DNA from: an uncultured cyanobacterium
Lineage (GTDB): Bacteria; Cyanobacteriota; Cyanobacteriia; Cyanobacteriales; Cyanobacteriaceae
NCBI GenBank assembly: GCA_963749915.1
Contig: CAVVOP010000024.1
Location: 1 to 14,465 of the forward strand
Reading direction: 5' to 3'
DNA: 14,465 nucleotides
This document shows, in pieces, positions 1-8,344 of this stretch. Both the position numbers and the translations under genes were made by a program. Under the pieces are notes generated by a model. The model saw only the letters and a program-made list of their open reading frames with translations, was not told where the DNA came from and searched no databases. Numbering within the stretch: position 1 is the first letter of the stretch; the number at the start of each line of letters is the position of its first letter.

Positions 1-2
1 AA

Positions 3-16
3 GTGCGGAATGTGGG
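3..16. mobile_element. Terminal inverted repeat of an IS1634-like element lying left of the window
   Basis: gtgcggaatgtggg is the exact reverse complement of cccacattccgcac at 13644-13657, the end of the IS1634-family element. It abuts the IS4 transposase frame at ...NKLTFY. Confidence 0.75.
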
Positions 17-1138
17 ATAAAACGTTAACTTGTTACTATTTAAACTTATTATTTTATTAATTTCCTCTTGATATTTTTCATATTTATTTGCCCAACTTTC
101 ACCATATAAACCAATCCAAAATTCACTGTTTCTTTTTGTTTTTCTTCTTTTTTCTTGTGGCCTTCCTATATATTTTTGCTGTCCTTTATTTTTAATTATT
201 CTTCCCTTCAATGTTTGATTTGTATAGGCCATAGCAATCAATAAAATTAGATTAGTTAGTCTTTGTATATTTGCTTTACTTCCTTCTAAATTATAACCTC
301 CTGTTTTATAATCTTTGAACATCATTTCAATACCCATTCTTTGCTCATAAATCTTGATTACTTCTATTTCATTCTCTAATGATGTTAAGATATACCATGG
401 TTCTTCACTACTTTTATTTTTTCTTTTTCTTTGATGATATATTGCTAAATTATGTCGGCTAAAACCAGTCTTTTTTGTAACTTTTATCCCCATCTTTATC
501 TGCTTTACTCCCCTTTCAATCTCTATATCTAATAGTTTTTCATACTTTTTACCCCCTCGATAATAAAAAGTACCCTGTTTTTGTCTGAGGGCAAAATCGA
601 TTTTATTTTTCCTTTTTTGTTTCTCTTTTTTCAACCATGTAGCTAACTCAATGGAATGAAATTCTCTATCTCCTATGATCATAATATGATATTTATTTAA
701 CAATTTGATTACTGGTCGAATTAATGCTTTTTGTTCTTGAAGATTACTCGCCCCTTTTTTGTTCAAAATAGTCCAATAAATTGGCAATGCACGACGAGAA
801 TAAATTAAACTAATCATAAAGACATTATTCTCTTGCCATTGAGTTCGATCTAAAGCGATTATCAAGGGAAAATTACAGGGAATTTGTTGATGAATAATTG
901 TGAGAATAATAGGAAACCAAATTAAACTAATACTTAAACCCGTAAGCACTAAAAATCTTTGAATGTGTCTTCGGCGACTTTCAAACAAAATTGGCAAGGG
1001 AAAATAAGTGGCTAAGGTTTCTATTTTAACTTGTTTATACTGATTTAATAAACCAATTAAAATTGATAATGTTTGAAATTGTGTTGGTTTTAAATATCGA
1101 TTTAAATGTGTTTCAAAATCTTTTAACAAACTAATCAT
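17..1138 (-). pseudogene. IS4-family DDE transposase, interrupted near its C-terminus by an IS1634-type end
   Basis: Hand translation gives one open frame from ATG 1138 (MISLLKDFETHLNRYL...) to the window edge, so it is absent from the ORF track. Motifs: IALDRTQW, IIGDREF, EPWYILTSL, and YEQRMGIEMMFKDYK (IS4 YREK signature). Confidence 0.88.
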
Positions 1139-1335
1139 TATTAGTAAGAAATATAATTACAAGTACTAATTGTGCCAGATTTTGTCTGTTATTTAACCAG
1201 CATTGAAAGAACACTTAATATTTCTGGTGTCGCTATATTCTCAATAAGAAATTAGATTTGAGTTAATTTAAAAGTCAACTTAGCTCTTGAAATGTTTACA
1301 GTTTAATCGTTTCAGAGGTGTCGTCACCCCTTCAG
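17..1335 (-). mobile_element. IS4-family insertion sequence (partial); 5' terminus near 1335
   Basis: Transposase plus an upstream end reading CTGAAGGGGTGACG on the minus strand from 1335, which resembles cyanobacterial IS4-family termini. The other end is not in the window. Confidence 0.65.
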
Positions 1336-1450
1336 GACTATATATCAACGATCGCCTACGGTGCCAAGCTTCCCTTGATCGCACAAACTAGATAATTACT
1401 TCTGCCATAAAACTGGCAACTATCGCATTGAGCAATTTTTCGCATTTTTT

Positions 1451-1496
1451 TAATACAATAAAATACTACTTTATACAGTACAACGCAATACATTAA
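1451..1496. repeat. 10-bp-phased ATAC repeats upstream of parA (parS/operator-like)
   Basis: ATAC at 1453, 1463, 1473 and 1488. Shares gcaatacatta and ttataca(g/c)tacaa with 2081-2116. Confidence 0.5.
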
Positions 1497-1516
1497 AAGA
1501 AAAAAATTAGAATTCA

Positions 1517-2122
1517 ATGGAAGAAAAATTAATTGCCATTACAGGGGATAAGGGTGGTGTCGGGAAGTCAACGATCGCCGCTCTTACTGCTGAATGGCTA
1601 TTACATAAAAATCATCCAGTCACAATTATTGACGCAGATCCTAATCAAACAACTCAAACTTGGATTGACAAATGCGCGGAAAAAGGACGCAATATCAATA
1701 CAGGGAAAATGATAACGATTGTTGATACTGCTGGTACTAGTGGCTCAAGTCTTAGTAAATATATTCGTAATGCAGATTTAATATTAGTACCATTTAAACC
1801 TCATGTAGCTGATTTAGAAGTGATTGTAGCTTGGTTTTTGTCTCTCAAGGAATCATTACAAGAGCGTATCTTTTTTATCCCTAATATGTTGTCCAATACT
1901 AAAGAACAACGTCAAGGAGTCAATGAGTTAGAAACTTTAATTGAAGAGGAAGGAAGAGGGAAAATATTACCTGGTTTAATTGAACGAAAAAAAGTAGAAG
2001 ATAAAAAAATAGAAAAAAAAGTTGAGCAAAAAGTAAGTCAATCTGAAGAAGTACAACCTAATTACACACAATCCCTTTCAATACGATGCAATACATTATT
2101 ATACACTACAATACAAATTTGA
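1517..2122 (+). CDS. parA: ParA/CbiA-family partition ATPase, C-terminus probably truncated or chimeric
   Basis: Deviant Walker A GDKGGVGKST, IIDADP, IVDTAG, LILVP. After LPGLIER the sequence becomes K/E-rich, runs into the ATAC repeats and overlaps the hsdR end. Confidence 0.8.
   Translation: MEEKLIAITGDKGGVGKSTIAALTAEWLLHKNHPVTIIDADPNQTTQTWIDKCAEKGRNINTGKMITIVDTAGTSGSSLSKYIRNADLILVPFKPHVADLEVIVAWFLSLKESLQERIFFIPNMLSNTKEQRQGVNELETLIEEEGRGKILPGLIERKKVEDKKIEKKVEQKVSQSEEVQPNYTQSLSIRCNTLLYTTIQI
2081..2116. repeat. 10-bp-phased ATAC repeats at the parA/hsdR convergence
   Basis: atacgatgca atacattatt atacactaca atacaa: ATAC at 2081, 2091, 2101 and 2111. Confidence 0.55.
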
Positions 2123-5100
2123 TTTCTACAGTATCATTGAAAGAACGGACGATCGCAATAATATTATCAGCATCATCATCATTAAATACCCCATCGAGTC
2201 CTTCTGTATGAATATCTGTAAAAGGAGGCTCATAGAGAAGATAGGGATTCATGACACCATGTTGAGTTAACCAATCAATAATTTGCTCTATGAAACGAAT
2301 TTGGTTAGCTGTTAAGTTAGTGTTTTGTAGATAGATGGCAAAGGCTTTTTTTGCTGCATTACGATCGAGTCCGACTAATTGGCGGATAAAACTTTTAAGA
2401 CTAATGTTTTTACCAAATACTTCTTCAAATTTATCTCTATTTTCAATCTCTTGAGAAGAAAATAGCATCTGTTCGAGTTGGGTTAAATCACTTTCAGTTA
2501 AGGCTAAGTTTCGTTTGAGTTTGGCGATCGCTACATGGTCTTGATTGGCTCGGATATAGGCTTCTACCTTTTTACGATATTGATAAGGGCTAAATCCTGT
2601 TTGAGGTGTGGGAACACTTACTACATCTATATCTTCTAATTCGTCCTGAAAGTCGGTATAAATAATGGTTTCGTCTTGCTTTTCGATAAAAACCATCAAT
2701 TCCCGAAGATTTTTTCTTACTTGTTCCACAAGATGAGGAGTGACATCTTGCCACCAACTCTCTTGTTGTACTTCTTCAATTAAGTTCAGCTTGTCTTTTA
2801 CTGCGGGGATGGTTCTTTTTTCTTCCAGACGAGCAAGTAAATCCCTAATTTTATCTCTGAGCTTCTCGAAGTCAGGGGTATTGTTTAAGATAGCTAACTG
2901 TACCTTTAGGCAAAGTAAATCAAAGTTTTTGATGCGAGGATTTTCCGGAGGTAGGCTATTAGGTAGAGGAATTAAGGTATTAATGATAATTTCTTTGTCT
3001 TGAGGGCTTAAATTATTCCATCTCTCTCGACTGCTAAAGGTTTCTACTTGTTGCAGATGTTTACGAACCAAAAAGTTATTTTCTTCCATACTGGCAACGT
3101 GTTGATGTAATTCATCTAACAGTTGTTTGGTTAAATTATCATCCTTGGTAACAGAATAAGAAGTATTTTGCGGTTCTTTAAGAGAATATCTTTTATTTTG
3201 AGACTGATAAGAGGAAGATGATTTATTTGTCCCCGTCTGATTCGGATTACTTAAACATTCTTGTAACTCTAATTTCGCTGTTAACAGACGACTAGTTAAA
3301 GTTTCGGCTTGCTTACTCTCTTTTTCTGTGACTTCCTGTTCAAAGTAGGCAAAATTATCACAGAGGTCAAAAATTAAAAATTCTGTCTTATCTCTATCGA
3401 CTCCAAATAAATTAGGACATAAACGAGTCCCTCTACCAATCATCTGATTGAATTTTACTTCTGAATAGACTGGTTTAAAAAAGACAAGGTTAAGGACTTC
3501 GGGTACATCTACACCCGTATCTAACATATCTACAGAAACGGCTATAGTAGGCTCTTTATTTAGCTCAGAAAAGTCATCGAGGATAGTTTGGGCATAACGA
3601 TCGTGACTATCAATGACACGGGCAAATGCACCTTTATAGTGAGGGTAGTTATAGTCAAATCTGGCGACAATAAATTCAGCGTGTTTGTGATTACGAGCGA
3701 AGATGATAGTTTTCCCGAGACGATCGCCTCCATCAATCTTTAAACCCCATTCCATCAAGATTTCTAGGGCTTGATCTACTGTATTTTCATTAAATAACCA
3801 ACGATTAAGAGCGGCAGAGTTAACTTCGTCTGGTATCTCCCCTGTTTCTTCATCAAAAAACTTTTCTTCATATTCTTGTTGTTCTTCAAGGCTAAGTTCA
3901 TTATATTTAACTCCTCGGCGAAGAAATTTAAAAGGGACATCAAGACCAGTGGGAGATACTAAATAACCATCAGCGATCGCATCATTTAATTCATAGGCAA
4001 AGGTGGGATTACCAGCTTCGAGGTCAAATATGCGGTAAGTATCTCGATTAATTTCATCTCTGGGGGTAGCTGTTAAGCCAATAAGGAGAGAATCAAAATA
4101 GCTAAATAAGGCTTGATATTTTTTATAGATACTGCGGTGGGCTTCATCCACAATCACAAGGTCAAAATAACCAACACCAAAGAGGCGATTTTCCCCATCT
4201 ATGCGATTGATACGGTTCATGATGGTGGGGTAGGTAGAGAGGATTATATTCGCTCCTTGAATATCTTTTTCTTTGGTTAAGTCGATCGCTGTGGCATTAG
4301 GTAAAAGGTTGGTTATGGCTCGTTTTGCTTGAGTTAGCAAAGATGTTCTATCAGCTAAAAACAAAACTCGTTTAATCCAGTTAGCTCTAATTAATAAATC
4401 AATCAGGGCGATCGCAGTTCTGGTTTTACCTGTTCCTGTTGCCATTACTAACAGGGCTTTACGAGCCAATTGTTGATCAAAGGTTTCTGTTACTCTTCTA
4501 ATGGCTTCAGTTTGATAGCTTCTTCCTGCGATATCTTGATTTGCTTGAACTAGATCAAGGGATTTACGTTGGCTACGGCGGAAGATAATTCGTTGTAGTT
4601 CATCTTTACGAAAAAAGCCTTCTACTAGGCGAGGGGGATAATTAAGGTCATCCCAAAAATAGGTTTGATAACCGTTACTATAGAAAATTAGGGGTCGTTG
4701 GTTAAATTCTTGTTCTAAACACTCAGCGTATAATTTGGCTTGTTGTTTACCAAGATTAACATCTATACGGGTGCGTTTAGCTTCAATAACCGCCAGGGGT
4801 AAACCGTTATCATCCCACAAGACATAATCGATCGCACCTTTGCCTGTTGGATTAACAGATTTAGGCATATTTCTGACTTCATATTCTATGGTATTAGGTT
4901 GAGTTAAATCCCAACCCATTTCTTTGAGTAAAACATCGATTAAATATTTACGGGTTTCAGCTTCCTTCCAATCGTGGTCATCTTTTACAGCAGTATTTGT
5001 CTGTATGAGTTGGTCAATTTTCGCTTTGAGTTGAGCTAATTCTGCTTCTGTTTTTTGTTGTCTTTCCTGGGCAATTCTCTTCATTTCTTGAGCTTGAGAG

Positions 5101-5591
5101 AGTTTGCTTTCAAGGTTTTGGAGTTGGACAAGAGTTAATTCTTCTTTGCCTGTTTCTTCTGGCTTAATGAGGAGATTAGGGTCAAATTTCAGTTTAGGTA
5201 AATTGCGACCATTGGGAGAATAATAACGACACAGCCAATAGAGAAAGTGAAATAATTCATTGATGAGGTGAAGAGAATCTTGTTCACTAATTTTTACTGA
5301 GTCATGAACTGCTATATTTCCTATTTTAAGAATGATACGAATCTTGGGAAAAAGGTTAGGACTGAGGTTATCTTTAAAGGTTTGTTCGTGAATTAATGCC
5401 CCTAAACTATTATCGTAGGGAAGGTTTAAATAAGGATCATTGCCATAAAGCCAGTGAACTGATTGTTCGAGGGTATAACGGGCATAGAAACAACTGGCAC
5501 GGCTATCACCAAAAACTAATTTCTCGGCACTGGTAGCACTTTCATAAATCTCAGGGAAGTCGGTTTGTAAAAAGTCAAAATTTGACGGCAT
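2106..5591 (-). CDS. hsdR: Type I restriction enzyme R subunit
   Basis: 1161 aa. Nuclease motif IDYVL...VIEAK, Walker A MATGTGKT, VIVDEAH, GLTATP, DMLDTGVD, QMIGRGTR. DUF4145-like N-terminus and EcoEI-R-like C-terminus. Confidence 0.96.
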   Translation of the reverse strand: MPSNFDFLQTDFPEIYESATSAEKLVFGDSRASCFYARYTLEQSVHWLYGNDPYLNLPYDNSLGALIHEQTFKDNLSPNLFPKIRIILKIGNIAVHDSVKISEQDSLHLINELFHFLYWLCRYYSPNGRNLPKLKFDPNLLIKPEETGKEELTLVQLQNLESKLSQAQEMKRIAQERQQKTEAELAQLKAKIDQLIQTNTAVKDDHDWKEAETRKYLIDVLLKEMGWDLTQPNTIEYEVRNMPKSVNPTGKGAIDYVLWDDNGLPLAVIEAKRTRIDVNLGKQQAKLYAECLEQEFNQRPLIFYSNGYQTYFWDDLNYPPRLVEGFFRKDELQRIIFRRSQRKSLDLVQANQDIAGRSYQTEAIRRVTETFDQQLARKALLVMATGTGKTRTAIALIDLLIRANWIKRVLFLADRTSLLTQAKRAITNLLPNATAIDLTKEKDIQGANIILSTYPTIMNRINRIDGENRLFGVGYFDLVIVDEAHRSIYKKYQALFSYFDSLLIGLTATPRDEINRDTYRIFDLEAGNPTFAYELNDAIADGYLVSPTGLDVPFKFLRRGVKYNELSLEEQQEYEEKFFDEETGEIPDEVNSAALNRWLFNENTVDQALEILMEWGLKIDGGDRLGKTIIFARNHKHAEFIVARFDYNYPHYKGAFARVIDSHDRYAQTILDDFSELNKEPTIAVSVDMLDTGVDVPEVLNLVFFKPVYSEVKFNQMIGRGTRLCPNLFGVDRDKTEFLIFDLCDNFAYFEQEVTEKESKQAETLTSRLLTAKLELQECLSNPNQTGTNKSSSSYQSQNKRYSLKEPQNTSYSVTKDDNLTKQLLDELHQHVASMEENNFLVRKHLQQVETFSSRERWNNLSPQDKEIIINTLIPLPNSLPPENPRIKNFDLLCLKVQLAILNNTPDFEKLRDKIRDLLARLEEKRTIPAVKDKLNLIEEVQQESWWQDVTPHLVEQVRKNLRELMVFIEKQDETIIYTDFQDELEDIDVVSVPTPQTGFSPYQYRKKVEAYIRANQDHVAIAKLKRNLALTESDLTQLEQMLFSSQEIENRDKFEEVFGKNISLKSFIRQLVGLDRNAAKKAFAIYLQNTNLTANQIRFIEQIIDWLTQHGVMNPYLLYEPPFTDIHTEGLDGVFNDDDADNIIAIVRSFNDTVEIKFVL

Positions 5592-5599
5592 AATATTTA

Positions 5600-5998
5600 T
5601 TTTTAATTCTGATTTTTCATAACTGAAATGTGATTTTCAAACATTAATTTAATTTGGCTAAATAAGTAACTCCTAAATGCCCTAATCTTCGGATTAAATT
5701 AAGTTACCTTAATGGTTACTAATTTAGAGACTGTTATCTTTGGGATTGCAATTTTTAATGCTTCTGTCATGTTTAAACTACAGGGTTATTCTCAAATTCT
5801 TGTAAAAATTCTTCACGTTCATTTTTACTAATGTATTATCAAGATTTGGACGATTTGAGACATTTTCTAATTCGAAATACACTTTTACTCATCAAATCTG
5901 ATGAGTTTTCTAGTAAATCTAGGGTGAATTTTGTTGCACTTACTGTTGAGAAAAGGTAATGCACTAACAATAACGTTAACATCAACTTCAATCTTCAT
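5600..5998 (-). pseudogene. PIN-domain toxin, heavily frameshifted
   Basis: Starts MKIEVDVNVIVSAL (PIN D-x-N motif). Later fragments in shifting frames include YISKNEREEFLQEF and a PKDN-like motif. Many indels and stops; the 3' boundary is approximate. Confidence 0.65.
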
Positions 5999-6002
5999 TT
6001 TT

Positions 6003-6201
6003 TCATTCTTCGTTTAAAATTTCTTCCAATATTTCAGGAGTTAAGCCTCTAGCTTGGGCTTTTTCGCTAATTTCATCCATTAATTTACTTAGTTTATCAC
6101 TGGATTTTTGTCTAATGTTTTTGGGCTAAAATTAGCATCTCACTGAGTTGTTTTTCTGACATTAATTCTATTTCTTGTAAGAGTAATTCTTTGGTTGTCA
6201 T
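6003..6201 (-). pseudogene. Small putative antitoxin upstream of the PIN gene, one frameshift
   Basis: MTTKELLLQEIELMSEKQLSEMLILAQ continues as NIRQKSSDKLSKLMDEISEKAQARGLTPEILEEILNEE* if one base is removed from the homopolymer at 6118-6122. Confidence 0.6.
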
Positions 6202-6222
6202 TGTTTTAATTGATCTTCTAAT

Positions 6223-6402
6223 TTAATTAATTATTGTATAAATTCTTTGAAGTCTTGGTTGAGCATTATTGTATTTATATTGGTGGTATTGTTGGCGGAT
6301 TTCTTCTAGGGCTTCTAGTCTTTTTGTATAAGGTTGTTGTTGCCAGTAATTAAAGTCGCTTTTTTGTTCTTTAATATTTATTTTTTGAATTACTTTTTTC
6401 AT
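6223..6402 (-). CDS. 59-aa hypothetical TA-associated protein
   Basis: MKKVIQKINIKEQKSDFNYWQQQPYTKRLEALEEIRQQYHQYKYNNAQPRLQRIYTIIN*. Below the ORF-track cutoff; co-oriented just after mazF. Confidence 0.7.
   Translation of the reverse strand: MKKVIQKINIKEQKSDFNYWQQQPYTKRLEALEEIRQQYHQYKYNNAQPRLQRIYTIIN
6231..6266 (-). pseudogene. Stub of a putative nucleotidyltransferase (DUF6036-like) gene
   Basis: Overlapping frame MLNQDFKEFIQ* resembles the N-terminus of the nucleotidyltransferase that usually follows this small gene. It stops after 11 codons and no remainder is present. Confidence 0.45.
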
Positions 6403-6416
6403 CTTTTATCTTCTTT

Positions 6417-6734
6417 TTAAGGGGCAAACATTTCGGCGAGGGTTGATAAAATTTGTTCTTGTTCAGATGTTGTTAATGTTCCCAATTTTTTGACTAACCG
6501 AGTCTTATCAACAGTTCTAATTTGATCTAGGACAACTTTTCCTTCTTTACCTTGAAATTCACAAGGAATACGAGTGGGGTATAGATTGCCCTTGGTTGTC
6601 ATGGGTGCAATGATAACTGTGTTGATATTGTCATTCATTTCATCGGGGGAAATAATGACGCAGGGACGAGTCTTCTGGATTTCACTGCCAACAGTAGGAT
6701 TGAGTTGAACTAAATAGACATCAAAACGTTTCAT
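6417..6734 (-). CDS. mazF: PemK/MazF-family endoribonuclease toxin
   Basis: DVYLVQLNPTVGSEIQKTRPCVIISP...VVLDQIRTVDKTRL. Confidence 0.93.
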   Translation of the reverse strand: MKRFDVYLVQLNPTVGSEIQKTRPCVIISPDEMNDNINTVIIAPMTTKGNLYPTRIPCEFQGKEGKVVLDQIRTVDKTRLVKKLGTLTTSEQEQILSTLAEMFAP

Positions 6735-7001
6735 TTACCACTCCCATTCTTGGTTATCCCAATCAGTTGCGGTTTGTTCATCCAAGAGTCTATCGTCTTG
6801 ATTATTTGCCATTTCTTGGAATGATTCTGCCCAACCTTGACGGCTTATTTCTGGCACTGGGCGGATAATAATTTGTCCTTTCTCTAATTGTATTTCGATC
6901 GCCCCTGTGATGCCTGATGCTTCTAACCAAGTCTTGGGTAGCCTTACTCCTTGGGAGTTACCTATTTTGATTAGGCGAGATAAGATAGCGTTTTTCGTCA
7001 T
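6735..7001 (-). CDS. mazE: AbrB/MazE/SpoVT-family antitoxin
   Basis: LIKIGNSQGVRLPK swapped-hairpin motif, acidic W-rich tail, directly abutting mazF. Confidence 0.92.
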   Translation of the reverse strand: MTKNAILSRLIKIGNSQGVRLPKTWLEASGITGAIEIQLEKGQIIIRPVPEISRQGWAESFQEMANNQDDRLLDEQTATDWDNQEWEW

Positions 7002-7036
7002 TTATATTACTTTTATTTCCCCAGAAATTTTCCTTA

Positions 7037-7057
7037 AGTAATTACATTATAATTACT
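7037..7057 (-). promoter_or_regulatory. Putative mazEF operator palindrome overlapping a -10 box
   Basis: AGTAATTA-catta-TAATTACT is a perfect 8-5-8 inverted repeat. Minus-strand TATAAT at 7051-7046, about 45 nt before the mazE start. Confidence 0.6.
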
Positions 7058-7126
7058 AAGTTTAAAGTTTGGTTAGTTTGCTTTACTCCCCTTAGCCCTC
7101 TGTTGAAAAGCAAGGAGGGAATTTTA

Positions 7127-7351
7127 TTAGGCGACGAAGTCGTAAACAGGGGTTTGAATAAAGTGATCTGGTTTTTTTTGCTGTTTAATAATTTCTTGAA
7201 TTCGTTCTACTGTTTCAGGGGAAAAATATTGTTCTCCTGTTTCGGTGTTAACTCTTGCGGGTACATTTTCAATTAGGTAAAATTGACCGTTAATTTCTAA
7301 AGAATAGGTTACTTGAGTCTCAATTAGGTTTTCGTTATGTTCTGTATTCAT
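7127..7351 (-). CDS. YgiT-type/MqsA-like antitoxin domain, cysteine-less variant, orphan
   Basis: VTYSLEINGQFYLIENVPARVNTETGEQYFSPET matches the YgiT-type fold pattern. No DUF4258-like toxin is adjacent. Confidence 0.75.
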   Translation of the reverse strand: MNTEHNENLIETQVTYSLEINGQFYLIENVPARVNTETGEQYFSPETVERIQEIIKQQKKPDHFIQTPVYDFVA

Positions 7352-7357
7352 GCTTAT

Positions 7358-7597
7358 TTATGCACTCACTGTTACGGGAGTTAAATGGTAAATAGTAGCA
7401 AGTTGAGTTGCGGTTTTTAAGTCATTATTTTGTAATGCAAGGCGGAGGTTATCAAGTTTTTCGGCTTCCTCAAGAGATAGATAAGGTGACCAATCTTCAT
7501 CTGTGTAGGTGAGGGTAATTTCAATTTCAGCGAGATATTCTCCTTCACGAATTATTTTGGTTTGGGTTTTAGTATATAGTTCAATGTTCATAATCAT
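7358..7597 (-). CDS. Small hypothetical protein, putative antitoxin
   Basis: KIIREGEYLAEIEITL...WSPYLSLEEAEKLDNLRLAL; resembles a TA-neighbourhood family. Function is inferred from context. Confidence 0.65.
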   Translation of the reverse strand: MIMNIELYTKTQTKIIREGEYLAEIEITLTYTDEDWSPYLSLEEAEKLDNLRLALQNNDLKTATQLATIYHLTPVTVSA

Positions 7598-7607
7598 TAT
7601 TTTGGTA

Positions 7608-7985
7608 CTAATGATTTAGAGGATAGGGTTGAATTAAAACTTCTAGGGGAATGTTTAGCCCTTCGTGTAAAGAGCGAATCATCTGTTTACTCAATGCTCG
7701 TTTACCTGATAATATTTCAGACACTTTAGATTTATTACCAATATAAGGAATTAAGTCCTTTTGTTTAAGTCCAAGTTGTTCGATACGAAATTTTATGGCA
7801 TCGATTGGATGTGCTAAAGCAATAGAATAATGTTTTTCTTCGTAAGCTTCTACTAAAGTTGTGAGTATATCCAATTCGTCAAATTCTGGGGTATTTGGAA
7901 TCGCTTCCATTAGCTGTTCAATTCGATCGAGTGTTGCTTGGTAATCTTGCTCGTTTGCGATCGGTTTAATTGTTGCTGTATTCAT
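7608..7985 (-). CDS. higA: HigA-family HTH antitoxin, orphan
   Basis: IKPIANEQDYQATL...LVEAYEEKHY...PIDAIKFRIEQLGLKQKDL...KSKVSEILSGKR. No higB upstream. Confidence 0.85.
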   Translation of the reverse strand: MNTATIKPIANEQDYQATLDRIEQLMEAIPNTPEFDELDILTTLVEAYEEKHYSIALAHPIDAIKFRIEQLGLKQKDLIPYIGNKSKVSEILSGKRALSKQMIRSLHEGLNIPLEVLIQPYPLNH

Positions 7986-8344
7986 AAAAGGATTTCTTGT
8001 TTACGACTGGTTAAAATATCCTCAGCAGTCAAGGGTTTAACGGCAGAAATGGGTACAGTTAAAATATTAATAGATTCTCCTACGGCATTAAATATCTCTA
8101 AAATACATCCTGTTTCTCCTCCTGTAGGATGTTCGACAAAATCAATCAAGGTCGCTATATCTCCTTGTTTTAAGTTATGTTGGGAAAGGTTACGTGTTAA
8201 AGCTATTTCTTTGTATAATTCAATCTTCATAATTTTATTTCCTACTTTTGCTAAATATTTTGATTTATCATTTCTCTGTTTAAAAACTAATAGATATTTA
8301 GTAAATTTTGGCTCTGGTATGATGGCTTTTTCTGGTATTTTCAC
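7982..8344 (-). CDS. DUF4926-like protein (ATG 8230) with an in-frame fused N-terminal stub of a DUF6883-like protein
   Basis: The first ~35 aa (IIPEPKFTKYLL...NDKSKYLAKVG) look DUF6883-like. From MKIELYKEIALTRNL...GDIATLID...GCILEIFNAVGESI it looks DUF4926-like. The GTG start overlaps the hsdS TGA. Confidence 0.7.
   Translation of the reverse strand: MKIPEKAIIPEPKFTKYLLVFKQRNDKSKYLAKVGNKIMKIELYKEIALTRNLSQHNLKQGDIATLIDFVEHPTGGETGCILEIFNAVGESINILTVPISAVKPLTAEDILTSRKQEILL

Noticed and set aside
17..35. Idea that 17 onward continues the interrupted recombinase (VNKTLT) through an ATAA target duplication
   Set aside because: These bases are explained as the IS4 transposase frame (NKLTFY) on the minus strand, and the plus frame hits a stop within a few codons.
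2740..3003. 87-aa plus-strand ORF
   Set aside because: Antisense shadow inside hsdR.
5665..5690. Possible duplicate of the hsdS 3' end before hsdR
   Set aside because: Similarity is weak and gapped, and it lies inside the degraded PIN gene.
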